Below are positions 19,301 through 26,810 of a stretch of DNA of 39,099 nucleotides, piece by piece. The stretch's first letter is position 1. Each line of letters opens with the position of its first letter. The notes beneath the pieces were generated by a model. That model saw only the letters and a list, made by a program, of their open reading frames with translations, did not search any database and was not told the DNA's origin. Both the position numbers and the translations under genes were made by a program. The DNA comes from a virus (lineage: Duplodnaviria; Caudoviricetes). Location of the stretch: positions 1-39,099 of IMG/VR virus record IMGVR_UViG_3300036904_000072; one strand, given 5' to 3'.

Positions 19301-19527
19301 ACTTATCCTTAAGCTGTTCTATGAAAGCATTGACACATTCCAAGTATGCAATAAGTGCTACGTTGTCGTCAATACTGTCTTTATATAATCCTGGTGCTGT
19401 CATAATAGTTACCCACAATTGTTGTTAATAACTCTGTGCATAAAGTTATAAATCCCTTTTCCAGCAAGGATATCGCACTGGGATAAGTTTTTAAACAGTA
19501 TGATGCAATATATTTTATGTCAAATGA

Positions 19528-19556
19528 TTGACATACTAATGATATGTCACTATAAT
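19528..19556 (+). promoter_or_regulatory. Perfect consensus sigma70 promoter with overlapping palindromes
   Basis: TTGACA-17-TATAAT; TATGTCAA-ATGA-TTGACATA (19516-19535) and TGACATA-7-TATGTCA (19529-19549). Confidence 0.85.
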
Positions 19557-19608
19557 GACAGCATATTAACAAGATAGGAAAGAAAATGACAAGACAAGAG
19601 GATGCATA

Positions 19609-19812
19609 ATGAATATAGAAAAATACAGCTGTTACCTGTACATAATTCACCACCAACCAGATAACGGAAAATATACATACGAAATTCTTTTAGAAAACGA
19701 TTATATGGAATATCCAGATAGCATAGAATCTGATGATTACTTTGATGCTGAACAACAGGCACGTTTTGCGGTAATAGATCATATTGATTTATTAGAAAAT
19801 GGAGAGGGTTAA
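19609..19812 (+). CDS. Acidic hypothetical early protein
   Basis: GAGGA SD; first gene after the consensus promoter. Confidence 0.7.
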   Translation: MNIEKYSCYLYIIHHQPDNGKYTYEILLENDYMEYPDSIESDDYFDAEQQARFAVIDHIDLLENGEG

Positions 19813-19964
19813 TGAGTGAAGAGCATATGTTAATGAAATTAACCGCACACAAAGCAATACTTTTGATTAACCACATGAATTTTCTTGGTGTAGATTTTGT
19901 TAAACTTCCTAGCGGTCAATTGATCACACGAATGGATTGTGAAGATTGTTTGGAGCAAAAATAA
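19812..19964 (+). CDS. 50-aa hypothetical protein (MSEEHMLMKL...)
   Basis: Read by hand; TAATG coupling. Confidence 0.55.
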   Translation: MSEEHMLMKLTAHKAILLINHMNFLGVDFVKLPSGQLITRMDCEDCLEQK

Positions 19965-19966
19965 TC

Positions 19967-20104
19967 ATGAACTACGACAATTGGTTGCAAGATGCGAGCA
20001 CTTATGAAAACGGTCACTGTGATGATAATTGCAGCTGTTATGAGTGCCGTGATAATAGAAGCTGTCGAGAAGCAGATAGTTTAGGAGATAATATAGATGA
20101 ATAA
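19967..20104 (+). CDS. 45-aa Cys-rich hypothetical protein (HCDDNCSCYEC)
   Basis: Read by hand; GGAG SD. Confidence 0.5.
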   Translation: MNYDNWLQDASTYENGHCDDNCSCYECRDNRSCREADSLGDNIDE

Positions 20105-20300
20105 AATAACATGTGACATAAACCCTTATGTTTATGCTTTGGAAGAAAACCGACATGAATTAAAGCTCATGTGGGGCGAAGCGTTATTGGCTTTACTTAA
20201 TGTCACATTTGATGAAATTGAAGACATTGAACTTGAACTAACTATAATAGTTTCGCAATTAATGGCTTATCGTAAGAATCACACGCCACAGGATATTTGA
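20097..20300 (+). CDS. Hypothetical protein
   Basis: AGGAG SD; operon packing. Confidence 0.6.
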   Translation: MNKITCDINPYVYALEENRHELKLMWGEALLALLNVTFDEIEDIELELTIIVSQLMAYRKNHTPQDI

Positions 20301-20696
20301 ATGACCAGTAAAATATGCAAAAAATGTAGACTACCAAGTGCTGGATTGGAATTTCACGTCCATTCACATCAACAGCGGTATTGTAGTCATGAGTGGATAG
20401 TTAAAGAACAATTAGATATAGAAGATAAACACCAAACAACAAAGGAACCAAAAATGCCAATAAAAATTGAACTAGAAGATGAATTAAACGCACAAAACCT
20501 AATATGGCGTATGGTCAATGAAAACCAAATGTTTATATGCACAAATAATTGTTTATGGATAAAGGTTAATAATGAAGACTGTTCCGTGCAAATTGCAGAC
20601 AACAATGGCCGCCCTTATGCCGATTATCATCATAGATGGAAAGATGATACCGTTATAAATAAAATCCTACCCAAAATCAAAAAAATCAAGTTCTAA
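20301..20696 (+). CDS. Hypothetical protein (possible internal start MPIKIE)
   Basis: N-terminal CxxC...CxH; internal AAGGA SD before MPIK. Confidence 0.55.
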   Translation: MTSKICKKCRLPSAGLEFHVHSHQQRYCSHEWIVKEQLDIEDKHQTTKEPKMPIKIELEDELNAQNLIWRMVNENQMFICTNNCLWIKVNNEDCSVQIADNNGRPYADYHHRWKDDTVINKILPKIKKIKF

Positions 20697-20697
20697 A

Positions 20698-20802
20698 ATG
20701 CCTCCAGACAACAAAGAAATCCTAAAAGCCATTATAGCATTCACATGCCTAGCTGCTACACTATACGCATTCTACGCCATGGGGTATGTCATGGAGTGGT
20801 AA
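20698..20802 (+). CDS. 34-aa single-TM peptide (MPPDNKEILKAIIAFTCLAATLYAFYAMGYVMEW)
   Basis: Read by hand; abuts the upstream stop; hydrophobic. Confidence 0.45.
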   Translation: MPPDNKEILKAIIAFTCLAATLYAFYAMGYVMEW

Positions 20803-20811
20803 CTATAACAA

Positions 20812-20841
20812 GCACAGGATGTGCGCAATCTATAAGGATAT
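20812..20841 (+). promoter_or_regulatory. Two CsrA-type binding sites in the csrA leader
   Basis: GCACAGGATGTGC hairpin and ATAAGGATAT overlapping the SD. Confidence 0.7.
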
Positions 20842-20847
20842 GCAATC

Positions 20848-21039
20848 ATGCTAATACTCACACGAAAGCCAGGTGAGGCTATAATCATTCAAGACGACAT
20901 AAAAATCATGTACTTTGGACTAAACTTTTACGACCAAGCCAAGTTTGGTATTGAAGCTCCAAGTGAGGTAAGCGCGCATCGTGAAGAGGTTTTCAAGCGT
21001 ATTATGGCTGGTATACATCCTGTATTTGACAAGCTATAA
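20848..21039 (+). CDS. csrA: CsrA/RsmA family translational regulator
   Basis: MLILTRKPGE.I.I.DDI.I...GIEAP..V..HREEV signature. Confidence 0.93.
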   Translation: MLILTRKPGEAIIIQDDIKIMYFGLNFYDQAKFGIEAPSEVSAHREEVFKRIMAGIHPVFDKL

Positions 21040-21114
21040 TCCCTATCGCATGTAGGCAGCCCGCAACTTTCCAGCGAGAGTGCAACCTTAATGTTTGGTT
21101 GTGGGTCTGTCCTA

Positions 21115-21336
21115 TTACAGCGCCAGCAACCACAAATTAGCCGCCCGTCTTCCCGCATTATCCTTCTTGTATTGGACGATCTCTTTTTCATAGTGTTCTT
21201 GCCATACTTCTATATATCGTAGCATTGTGGTGCGTCTTTGTGTCTTTGGTATGGGTTTTAGCACTCTTTGCAGCCACGTTATGTCATCTCGCAAGAGTTT
21301 GCAGCCTTCCTTGGCTGCGTATTCGGTGAAGTTCAT
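21115..21336 (-). CDS. Hypothetical protein
   Basis: ATGA coupling; C-terminal GRRAANLWL. Confidence 0.6.
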   Translation of the reverse strand: MNFTEYAAKEGCKLLRDDITWLQRVLKPIPKTQRRTTMLRYIEVWQEHYEKEIVQYKKDNAGRRAANLWLLAL

Positions 21337-21782
21337 CTAATAGGTTTTATATCTCGTATACATTTATCTTGAATACCATAATCTTTCATAGCTTTAAATA
21401 TATCGGGTTCTTGTTTGTAAAAATGTCTAAATCTTGCAGAACAATTAGTGCAATCCCAAACAGAATGTCGAGTATAAGGAGGTTTTCTATTTGAGCAAGG
21501 AACAAATGCTACTTCAATCCAGTTATGATCATATCCATAACCCTCTCCAGAAATTTGATCACATAATGAATAAGAACGCTTAATATAGTAATTTTCCAAA
21601 ATAAATTGTGCTCTTTCATACCAAAACCAACAACTTTCCCAGTGCTTACTTATTAATCCTAAATGTAAATTACCTAAAGCATCGTGTAATAAAAAAACAC
21701 ATTCTTCTTTTGTTGAATTTTTAAGATCATCTTTAGTGGATTCTTCGAGTTCACAATACTGTTTTATTGACATTTCATTCAT
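21333..21782 (-). CDS. Hypothetical protein with C-terminal H..W...CxxC..FRHFY domain
   Basis: C-terminal half resembles 25509-25724. Confidence 0.6.
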   Translation of the reverse strand: MNEMSIKQYCELEESTKDDLKNSTKEECVFLLHDALGNLHLGLISKHWESCWFWYERAQFILENYYIKRSYSLCDQISGEGYGYDHNWIEVAFVPCSNRKPPYTRHSVWDCTNCSARFRHFYKQEPDIFKAMKDYGIQDKCIRDIKPIR

Positions 21783-21805
21783 GATTTTTCCTTTTTTAAT
21801 AAAAT

Positions 21806-22048
21806 GTGACGCCTCAAAAAATGGGCGTCACCGATATAGACCAGTGTTTATAAGGACTCGTGACGCCTGTGACGCGTGACGCCTATGTTTTCAAACCCTA
21901 TAGGAATATAGCATATATACATAATTTTAATAATACTCATATAAAAATAGCGTCACAGGCGTCACAGGCGTCACGGCTTCAATGTTTATATGGGTTATAA
22001 GCGTGACGCCCCATTTTTTTAGGCGTCACGAGGCGTCACAGGCGTCAC
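21806..22048. repeat. Iteron array, likely replication origin
   Basis: 12 copies of GTGACGC/GCGTCAC (5 forward, 7 reverse) around an AT-rich core at 21886-21949, at the 3' end of the primase-helicase gene. Confidence 0.85.
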
Positions 22049-23913
22049 ATTTTTGAATCTTGAGTTTTCGCAAAACGTGATTTTGGCATAAAAAAACATC
22101 TTCTGTTTCTTCCTGTTCCTTTTGGAATGTTTCTTTTTGTTAAAATATTAGACATTTTGTTTGGATCTCCTGAAGATGGTTTATCATAACCAATCTGGCT
22201 TAATATTTGCGTACAGGTTAGATATTCCCTTTCAGGAAAATCCCAATCAAAATGACTTTCGAGTTTTTCTTCAAAAGGATCTATTCGTTCGTATTTTTGG
22301 TTTGAATAATTCAATAACATCAATTCATCATCATTCAAATACGACCTTTCCCCAGATAAATATAATTCATATACTTCGCGCCATACTTGTTGCATGTTTA
22401 TACTTTTTACTAATTCCATATTAATAGGTTCTTTTAAACTTATTACCCACCATCTTCTATTGCCAGTTTGATCAACTAGAAAGTTTTCTTCGTTAACACT
22501 TGCTGCATAAACCGTTCTTCTTATCATTTGACTATCTTTTGCTGCGTATGCTTTTCTTGCTTCGTCTAAATCTTGAGTGATATGGGCTTTTAGTTTGTTA
22601 ATATCAGAACGACTAAATGTACCTCCTAGCTCCCCTAATTCAGCTATCCAGTATTTCGATAATCTGATTAAATTATCTTTATTTGAAGGATCTAATTCCG
22701 TCCCTTTTTTAATGGCTACCAATTCTTTAGGTGCAAGCGCGGCTAAAAAGCTTGTTTTATACCAACCACCAGTACCCTGTAAAACTAATACACCCTGTGC
22801 TACAAAATCAGAATCATTGAATAAAGCAGAAACAGCAGAGATCATCCAACGTTTTAATAATAATTGTGATAAATTGTCATCTTGAGTCTTGAGTATATTT
22901 AAAAAATCATTAAGGCAATTTTTGTCATTTAATGGCTTAGAAAGAATCCAATTTCTGACAGGATGATAAATATTTTCTAAGGCAATTGAATCAAGATGTT
23001 TGTCAATTCTTCTTATATTGAAATCATGCGTTACTGCTAAATTAGTTAAATAGGTAAGTGAATCATTTAGACGCTCTTCAAAGTAAAAATCTTTTCCTGG
23101 AACTGTTATTTCACGTTCTCTTTTCATCATATTCCATTTTACAATGATTTTATAATGTTCTAATAGATGCTTTAAATTACAGGTTGTATCTAAGGGGTAG
23201 GGTGTTTTTGCTTTAGACAAATCAGGATAAGTTTTAATGTCAAATTCAGGGACAATATTAAAAGAATTTTGAATCATTAGTCGAATATAATCAAAATCAT
23301 ATTCGCCATTTTTAATGTCTAAATCCGCTAAATCCCATCCGCAATTATTTTTGTCTAAACCAACTAAATGTATTTTACTTGGTTTGATAACTTTTAACGA
23401 TCTAGGGTTAGTCATTCCAACCGAATCAGCAATCCATAAAAGCCTATCTTTTAATTCTTTCATGGCTTTATAACCAGAATTATCTTTATCAGGCCATAAA
23501 CATATCTTTCTGTCTTTTAAATGTGTTAAATCGGCTATTTTAGCGAATGGAGAACCACCCATCCAAGTAATTACAGCATATTCTGGAAAAAACTCTTGTA
23601 CTATATGCGCCGTTTTTTCTCCTTCTACAATTAAAACGGTCTTTGTCATATCGGATAGTAACGCGCTTAAATTATAAATAGGTCGGGTTTCATGAGGATA
23701 TTTTGATATAAGCTTACCATGCACATAAGAAAAAGGGCGAAATTCCTTTCTCGATTCGACATTCAAAGGAGCATAACGAACATTAAAACAATCAATATCA
23801 CCCGTTATTTTATAATAAGCCCAAACTCCTTCAATAACACCTAAAATTAACTCACCATCTTTGTATCTATATGCTTCAAAAGTTGCCATTTGTTCTTTAT
23901 TTGGTATACTCAT
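22045..23913 (-). CDS. Toprim primase fused to VirE/VapE-like helicase
   Basis: IVEGEKTA and WPDKD (Toprim); LQGTGGWYKTS, IAELGEL, DQTGNRRW (VirE). Start moved to ATG 23913 (GGAG SD, ATGA coupling). Confidence 0.88.
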   Translation of the reverse strand: MSIPNKEQMATFEAYRYKDGELILGVIEGVWAYYKITGDIDCFNVRYAPLNVESRKEFRPFSYVHGKLISKYPHETRPIYNLSALLSDMTKTVLIVEGEKTAHIVQEFFPEYAVITWMGGSPFAKIADLTHLKDRKICLWPDKDNSGYKAMKELKDRLLWIADSVGMTNPRSLKVIKPSKIHLVGLDKNNCGWDLADLDIKNGEYDFDYIRLMIQNSFNIVPEFDIKTYPDLSKAKTPYPLDTTCNLKHLLEHYKIIVKWNMMKREREITVPGKDFYFEERLNDSLTYLTNLAVTHDFNIRRIDKHLDSIALENIYHPVRNWILSKPLNDKNCLNDFLNILKTQDDNLSQLLLKRWMISAVSALFNDSDFVAQGVLVLQGTGGWYKTSFLAALAPKELVAIKKGTELDPSNKDNLIRLSKYWIAELGELGGTFSRSDINKLKAHITQDLDEARKAYAAKDSQMIRRTVYAASVNEENFLVDQTGNRRWWVISLKEPINMELVKSINMQQVWREVYELYLSGERSYLNDDELMLLNYSNQKYERIDPFEEKLESHFDWDFPEREYLTCTQILSQIGYDKPSSGDPNKMSNILTKRNIPKGTGRNRRCFFMPKSRFAKTQDSKM

Positions 23914-24077
23914 TGTTGTTGCTCCATAGTAGATTGTTGCGACTCCATAGTTAAAAGGTGAATAACATCTAAGACGCAATTCTTTTTGTATTCACTGCAT
24001 ACATCCCCCCGCTGGATCAGTGTCGCTAACCATTGTTCCAGCACCCTTTTATCACGCACTATTTGCTGCAGACTCAT
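23910..24077 (-). CDS. 55-aa hypothetical protein (MSLQQIVRDKRVLEQW...)
   Basis: Read by hand; AGGAG SD; its TGA overlaps the primase ATG. Confidence 0.6.
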   Translation of the reverse strand: MSLQQIVRDKRVLEQWLATLIQRGDVCSEYKKNCVLDVIHLLTMESQQSTMEQQQ

Positions 24078-24107
24078 AAAAACTCCTGTACTTTGAGAAT
24101 TAAAAAT

Positions 24108-24150
24108 AAAAAAAAAAGACCGTCAACCAGCATAATGCCGATTAGGTCTT
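24108..24150 (-). terminator. Rho-independent terminator
   Basis: AAGACC-TAATCGGCA-TTA-TGCTGGTTGA-C-GGTC followed by a 10-T run. Confidence 0.75.
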
Positions 24151-24382
24151 CACGTATAGGTAATAACTTGTTATAATCCTGTGCATATTTCTGCGCTTCC
24201 GTAATAAGCGTTGAAATCACCACCGCGCCACGCGCAGTGCTCCTATGGGTGTTGGTAGCATCCACGGAGCACATCCTACTCTAAAATAACTATAAAAAAC
24301 AAGCGCAATCGCAGAATATTTGGTATTCTAAACTCTGGAATAGTCGGGAGAAAACGCATTCCATTGCCGGTATGCGGCCTAG

Positions 24383-24589
24383 CTATTCCAACTCGCCGAC
24401 ATACGCTTCGTCATGATAGCCATCCGAGTAAAATTCAGGATTAGGTGCGGGCAGTCGTATATTAATAGGAGTTTCTTGCTGCGCAACTGTAACAACAAGA
24501 TGGATGACAAGCGCTGTAATTACAATAATCAAAACAATAGCTATAGTATTTATACATTCTTTAAGCCGTATTTTGGTTTTTAATCGCAT
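24383..24589 (-). CDS. Small membrane protein
   Basis: One TM segment IAIVLIIVITALVIHLVVTV. Confidence 0.6.
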   Translation of the reverse strand: MRLKTKIRLKECINTIAIVLIIVITALVIHLVVTVAQQETPINIRLPAPNPEFYSDGYHDEAYVGELE

Positions 24590-24789
24590 GGTTTGTACAG
24601 TTCCTTGTGTAGTGTGTAGCGTTTGTCCATAAATGCTTTCTTGTTGATCTTAACCCCACAATTAGCGCAAACATAGTAACAGCAAATGCCGAAAAATGTT
24701 TTTTGCTCATGCCATTCGTGCTGAGTATGGTATTCGCGACCTTGTGGGCTCAAGGATATGCATTCATATAGGTTATTGGTGTTAAACAT
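24580..24789 (-). CDS. Small Zn-ribbon-like protein
   Basis: HEW...CANCG. Confidence 0.55.
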   Translation of the reverse strand: MFNTNNLYECISLSPQGREYHTQHEWHEQKTFFGICCYYVCANCGVKINKKAFMDKRYTLHKELYKPCD

Positions 24790-25033
24790 GTTCTTTTGCG
24801 TCCTGGATAAAGCCTTTAGAATAACGCTCTGGAGCAGAAATAACCATACCTTTTACACAAGATTCCAGGTGTAGAATGTACTCACAAAGCTCTTCTACAA
24901 CCCTTGTTGAGCGCCATAATTCAGTATCTCGGTTCTTCTTGTATTCTTCTAGCAACCAGGGCACTCGCTTGCTTTCCAGGAACTCTTTACGCCATTTGTT
25001 GCGTTCTTCTACAAGTACGCCAGATTCTTGCAT
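24782..25033 (-). CDS. Hypothetical protein
   Basis: TAATG coupling. Confidence 0.6.
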   Translation of the reverse strand: MQESGVLVEERNKWRKEFLESKRVPWLLEEYKKNRDTELWRSTRVVEELCEYILHLESCVKGMVISAPERYSKGFIQDAKEHV

Positions 25034-25194
25034 TATTTGATTTCCTTCAATTCTTCGGATTGCTGCTGGTATATTTCATTAAGTAATTTCAACCTTTTTT
25101 CATGAGTTGAACTGAACAAACCATGTATATTCATAGATACAGAATCTTTAAGGACAAGTAGCAATAATTGAAGCTGTTTATTGCTGATTATCAT
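25033..25194 (-). CDS. 53-aa hypothetical protein (MIISNKQLQLL...)
   Basis: Read by hand; coupled at both ends. Confidence 0.6.
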   Translation of the reverse strand: MIISNKQLQLLLLVLKDSVSMNIHGLFSSTHEKRLKLLNEIYQQQSEELKEIK

Positions 25195-25394
25195 TTCTCA
25201 CCTATAATTTTATAAAGTTGTTCCAACTCATAATCCCAGGCTATTACAGTTTTTGAATCGTCATTCATACCAAAACAACAATTGCAATTTTTACATCCTA
25301 GTTTTCGTGACCAAGGGTTTAGTTCTTTCATAACATAATATTTGTGATAGCCAAGCCTGCATTTAATGCGATTTAGTATCGCGATAATTATCAT
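25191..25394 (-). CDS. Small Zn-binding protein (C.LGYHKY...CKNC)
   Basis: C-x3-H...CxxC pattern common in phage micro-genes. Confidence 0.6.
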   Translation of the reverse strand: MIIIAILNRIKCRLGYHKYYVMKELNPWSRKLGCKNCNCCFGMNDDSKTVIAWDYELEQLYKIIGEK

Positions 25395-25508
25395 CTAAAT
25401 TACCTTTATCCAACGCAAATAAATCAAACAAAAACCATAACCAAAAAACATTCCGCCGGTGAAGAATGATGCTAATGCTGCCGCCAATGTGAAGTTGCTA
25501 ATAATCAT
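25395..25508 (-). CDS. 37-aa hydrophobic peptide (MIISNFTLAAALASFF...)
   Basis: Read by hand; exactly abuts both neighbours. Confidence 0.55.
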   Translation of the reverse strand: MIISNFTLAAALASFFTGGMFFGYGFCLIYLRWIKVI

Positions 25509-25724
25509 TTATAATGCTCCAGGGCATTTATCTGGAACATTAAAACGCTTAATAATCTTATAAATACTCAAATTATCTCTATCGTAAAAATGTCTAAAAT
25601 AAGCTTTACAATTCTTGCATGTCCACTCTGAAAACTTATTTCCAACTCCTGGGCCATGTATTGTTACTCCCTCATTAGTCCAGTCATGCGAATCGCCATA
25701 ACCGGAACCTATTAAATCACTCAT
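25509..25724 (-). CDS. Hypothetical CxxC protein
   Basis: GGAG SD; resembles the C-terminal half of 21333-21782. Confidence 0.65.
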   Translation of the reverse strand: MSDLIGSGYGDSHDWTNEGVTIHGPGVGNKFSEWTCKNCKAYFRHFYDRDNLSIYKIIKRFNVPDKCPGAL

Positions 25725-25740
25725 TTATAAACTCCAAAAA

Positions 25741-25838
25741 TGGTGACAGGACTAGGGCTTTCACCTAGATTTCCCGCTTTACAGGCGAGTGATTTGGCGT
25801 ATTATCGTACGTTATCCCGCTATTACATCTATCCCGTC
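25741..25838 (-). tRNA. tRNA-Tyr(GTA)-like RNA, non-canonical
   Basis: 7-bp acceptor GACGGGA/TCCTGTC + A + CCA; anticodon arm CTCGC-CTGTAAA-GCGGG; T arm CTAGG-TGAAAGC-CCTAG; about 31-nt D-loop. Confidence 0.75.
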
Positions 25839-25940
25839 ATAAACTATCTATAAAACTCTCCGCACTTTTTGCACCTGAATATGGCCCCCGAAATTATATC
25901 TTTTCTTAAAGATTCATAGTCTTCGCCATCTCTTTCATGA

Positions 25941-26051
25941 CTACAAGGCATTTGCGCACCCATCCTCCTTGCATTTTCTCATAACGTAACCTGGTTGCTC
26001 GGTTCTTTTCCAGAGGCCTCTCCTTGTTTTTAGCTTCTCGTAGTCAATCAT
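25941..26051 (-). CDS. 36-aa MIDYEK micro-gene 4 (possibly truncated)
   Basis: Read by hand; an overlapping frame continues ...CSHERDG...CKKCGEFYR*. Confidence 0.4.
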   Translation of the reverse strand: MIDYEKLKTRRGLWKRTEQPGYVMRKCKEDGCANAL

Positions 26052-26206
26052 TCTTCTTTCCTAGGTATAAAAGCATTTAAACACCAACTTTTTACTTTCA
26101 TGCGTTCCTTTTCACTCTTATCTGGCAAAGATAAATTATATTGCGCTAAAGCACGACATATATCATCAAATAATTTTTCTTTTATAGAATTCTCGTAGTC
26201 AATCAT
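26048..26206 (-). CDS. 52-aa MIDYEN micro-gene 3
   Basis: Read by hand; ATGA coupling at both ends. Confidence 0.6.
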   Translation of the reverse strand: MIDYENSIKEKLFDDICRALAQYNLSLPDKSEKERMKVKSWCLNAFIPRKEE

Positions 26207-26379
26207 TTCATTTCTCTAAACAAATGTTTCAAAAAATCAGCTTCAAATTTTACATCTTGCCCATTATGCCTAATGACTAAATCAATTTCATGACAATCAT
26301 TCATGTATGTTTTTATTGTTTCAATAGTTTCAATTTGTAAGTGATTTAATTTTTCTTTCAGCTTCTTGTAGTCAATCAT
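26203..26379 (-). CDS. 58-aa MIDYKK micro-gene 2
   Basis: Read by hand; coupled. Confidence 0.6.
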   Translation of the reverse strand: MIDYKKLKEKLNHLQIETIETIKTYMNDCHEIDLVIRHNGQDVKFEADFLKHLFREMK

Positions 26380-26548
26380 CTAATTTACCCGTAATGAAAT
26401 TTAAAACACGCCGATATGCATCATAACCACCCAGCGACATGCAAGAGCCACACGAATTAATATTAATAGCTTTGGCGCGCTCAAAATCTCTTTGCTCTGA
26501 TTCCATATTTTCTGCTAAAAATTCCAAGAGTTTCTCGTAGTCAATCAT
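26372..26548 (-). CDS. 58-aa MIDYEK micro-gene 1
   Basis: Read by hand; coupled. Confidence 0.6.
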   Translation of the reverse strand: MIDYEKLLEFLAENMESEQRDFERAKAININSCGSCMSLGGYDAYRRVLNFITGKLDD

Positions 26549-26799
26549 CGATCCCCCAAATTCTTCATAGTCCCAGATAACTTGGCCAAAATCTTAGACC
26601 CAGCAGCTTGAGCCTCATATATTGAAGCACGCACAGTACTGCTATCAGGACAGCTTCCATCATCTTCACAGAAGTAAGCCATTGCCAGCAGCATTCCTGC
26701 GTTACTGGCGGCCATTCGAATTTCTTCAGTAAGCTTTCGCCCACAGGCATTTTTACATCCAGGCGTTGCACAGTATGTCCTATCTTTATAGCAGAGCAT
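26545..26799 (-). CDS. Cys-rich hypothetical protein (MLCYKDRTYC..C...C.R.LT)
   Basis: N-terminal motif recurrent in phage small proteins. Confidence 0.65.
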   Translation of the reverse strand: MLCYKDRTYCATPGCKNACGRKLTEEIRMAASNAGMLLAMAYFCEDDGSCPDSSTVRASIYEAQAAGSKILAKLSGTMKNLGDR

Positions 26800-26810
26800 T
26801 TCCCTACCCC

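Noticed and set aside
24074-24274. 66-aa ORF from the track
   Set aside because: It runs through a strong hairpin and the terminator T-run and has no motif; more likely non-coding, though not excluded
25941-26548. CRISPR array or integron attC sites for the 17-bp repeats
   Set aside because: Spacers are 155-173 bp ORFs, the repeats are coding and non-palindromic, and no integrase is present
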